Below are positions 62,512-64,000 of a stretch of 64,000 nt of DNA, piece after piece. The stretch comes from Dehalococcoidia bacterium (GTDB taxonomy: Bacteria; Chloroflexota; Dehalococcoidia; SM23-28-2; RBG-16-64-32): NCBI GenBank assembly GCA_963665775.2, contig CAXXTF010000001.1, forward strand, positions 608,001-672,000, in the 5' to 3' direction. Position 1 is the first letter of the stretch. Each line of letters begins with the position of its first letter. A program made the translations under genes and the position numbers. The notes under the pieces were generated by a model, which saw only the letters and a program-made list of their open reading frames with translations, did no database searches and was not told the origin of the DNA.

Positions 62512-63417
62512 ATGACTAGCGACGAAATCGTATCTAAAGAAGGTCACTTTTACGGACCGTGGCGCCAGTCTCGCAACCCGGGCGCTGGCGGGACCGGTAG
62601 CCTTCACGCCGATACCACCGCCCAGCAACTCGGGTTTCGTGGGGGCGCCGTGGCTGGAGTGACCCACTTTGAGCTCTTTCCACCCCTCATCCAGAAAGCG
62701 TGGGGCCAGCGGTGGTTTGAGCGGGGCACCCTGTCAATCGACTTCCACAACCCTACGGTGGACAGAGAGGATGTCCGCGCTATCCTCGGCCAGCCCCCGG
62801 CCGGTGAGGCTGCGTCTCAGGTTGTGGCCTGGATCGAGCGGCCCGATGGCATGATGGTAGGCAAGGGGACAGCGTCTGCAGGGGACTGCGAAGAGACAAC
62901 GACTCTGAGCGCGAAGGACATCCACAAGTACGACACCGGCACCTACTCCATCCTTAAGAACGTGCAGCCAGGTGACGTCCTGCCGACTGTGGACGTGTCG
63001 GTAACATTGGAACAGTCACGTCGGCGGATGGAAACGATCACAGAACCGCTGCCCTGGTATGTAGGGGAATCGCCATGGGGCGGCCCGATCGCCACCCCTA
63101 GCATGGCGACCAGCACAATGTCACAGCCCTGGCGGCCCTACATTAAAGAGCGTGGCATGCCGGCGGTGGTTCTTTGGGGAGCCGCAGAATTGCGGCTCCT
63201 GAATGGACCGGTGAAAGTCGATGAACTGTACCAGGCCGGCGGGGAAATAGTGGCGCGGGGACAGAGCCCAAAGACTGAATACTTCTGGTCTGAGACGTAT
63301 CTGAATGACGCGACGGGTGGGCGTGTCGCGGAGTTACGAATGCAATTGCGGTTCCTCAAGGATTCAGGGGAGCTGGTTGATCCGGATTGGCCGCGGGTCC
63401 GCACGGCAAGCCGTTAA
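62512..63417 (+). CDS. Hypothetical protein, probable double hot-dog fold
   Basis: SLHADTTAQQLGFRGG, ESPWGGPIA, GPVKVDELY. Confidence 0.75.
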   Translation: MTSDEIVSKEGHFYGPWRQSRNPGAGGTGSLHADTTAQQLGFRGGAVAGVTHFELFPPLIQKAWGQRWFERGTLSIDFHNPTVDREDVRAILGQPPAGEAASQVVAWIERPDGMMVGKGTASAGDCEETTTLSAKDIHKYDTGTYSILKNVQPGDVLPTVDVSVTLEQSRRRMETITEPLPWYVGESPWGGPIATPSMATSTMSQPWRPYIKERGMPAVVLWGAAELRLLNGPVKVDELYQAGGEIVARGQSPKTEYFWSETYLNDATGGRVAELRMQLRFLKDSGELVDPDWPRVRTASR

Positions 63418-63464
63418 GCCCTAGCTGGAAACGGGAACCAAAGGTGGCCCCCGCCACTATATGC

Positions 63465-63618
63465 GCGTTTGTCCCCCCGCGACGGCAACTTCGAGGTCTA
63501 CGTCACGAACGCCGATGGCTCCAACGTTAGCAACCTCACGAACAACCTCGCTAATGAGGATGCCTCCCCCTGGTCGCCGGACGGTAGCCGCATTGCCTCC
63601 GACCGCGACAGGAGGTGA
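63465..63618 (+). pseudogene. TolB/PD40 repeat fragment
   Basis: RDGNFEVYVTNADGSNVSNLTNN...WSPDGSRIA. Confidence 0.75.
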
Positions 63619-63879
63619 GATGGAACTCGGCTATCTCCGTCAAGTTCTGCCGTGGGCTACCATTGCCGTTGCGGCTTCTCCTCATGCTCTCCCCCACATT
63701 TAGATATAGAAGGCTGCGTCGCATTCATGACTCTGCCGGGCAAGGAAGTCAAGGGCGGTTGCGGAGAACATGGGAGGAAATCGGACCGATTCGGGCGGAT
63801 TGGCCCAATTCAGGTCACGGGAGAGGGGACGGCCCGCACTGGAACGAGCGAAGTGCCGCGCCCAGGCGCGCTCACCAAT

Positions 63880-63939
63880 GCCACCCACAGAATTGCCGCC
63901 TGAACTTTTCAGATACGGATGGAATTTTGGCACCCCAGG
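63880..63939 (+). mobile_element. Remnant end of an rve/integrase-core-type IS
   Basis: HRIAA*, then CGGATGGAATTTTGGCACCCCAGG, similar to the ends at 45372 and 46914. Confidence 0.5.
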
Positions 63940-64000
63940 GTCAGTCGGGCCGGCCGACTCATCGGCTGACCAGCGTGTCCCGGCGGTTATGCCACCACCG

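Noticed and set aside
1-64000. CRISPR array, cas genes, rRNA, reverse transcriptase (retron/DGR)
   Set aside because: No regularly spaced repeat-spacer series and no recognisable motifs on manual reading.

Overview
GC-rich bacterial chromosome segment. The gene repertoire (dockerin-like tail, expanded amidohydrolases, MaoC, thiolase and gamma-CA families, gltX-rluD-lspA) suggests Chloroflexota/Dehalococcoidia; this is inference. Positions 1094-9118 are an ~8 kb integrative element in the 3' end of tRNA-Glu(CTC). It has a 14-bp att repeat and matching arm-type sites at both ends. It carries a P4-like integrase, an HTH protein, AlpA, a broken ParB-like gene, a dead IS3, and an overlapping pair of tyrosine recombinases: one has a full catalytic set, the other is an intact ORF that has lost most catalytic residues. 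That pair is the best candidate for an undescribed system. The rest is housekeeping and metabolic genes (tRNA-Gln, tRNA-Gly, udg, gltX, rluD, lspA, ahbAB-like, ispH, tkt, GH15, GMC oxidoreductase, MMPL, desaturase, MacAB-like and MdlAB-like ABC systems) mixed with many pseudogene fragments. Other notable features are an IS1380 insertion, repeated ends of an rve-type IS, a perfect 34-bp palindrome, an 810-bp segment swapped into a decarboxylase gene between CATCTGC repeats, and five in-frame TAG codons in otherwise continuous frames. No CRISPR array or rRNA was seen. All calls come from manual motif recognition; no searches were run.
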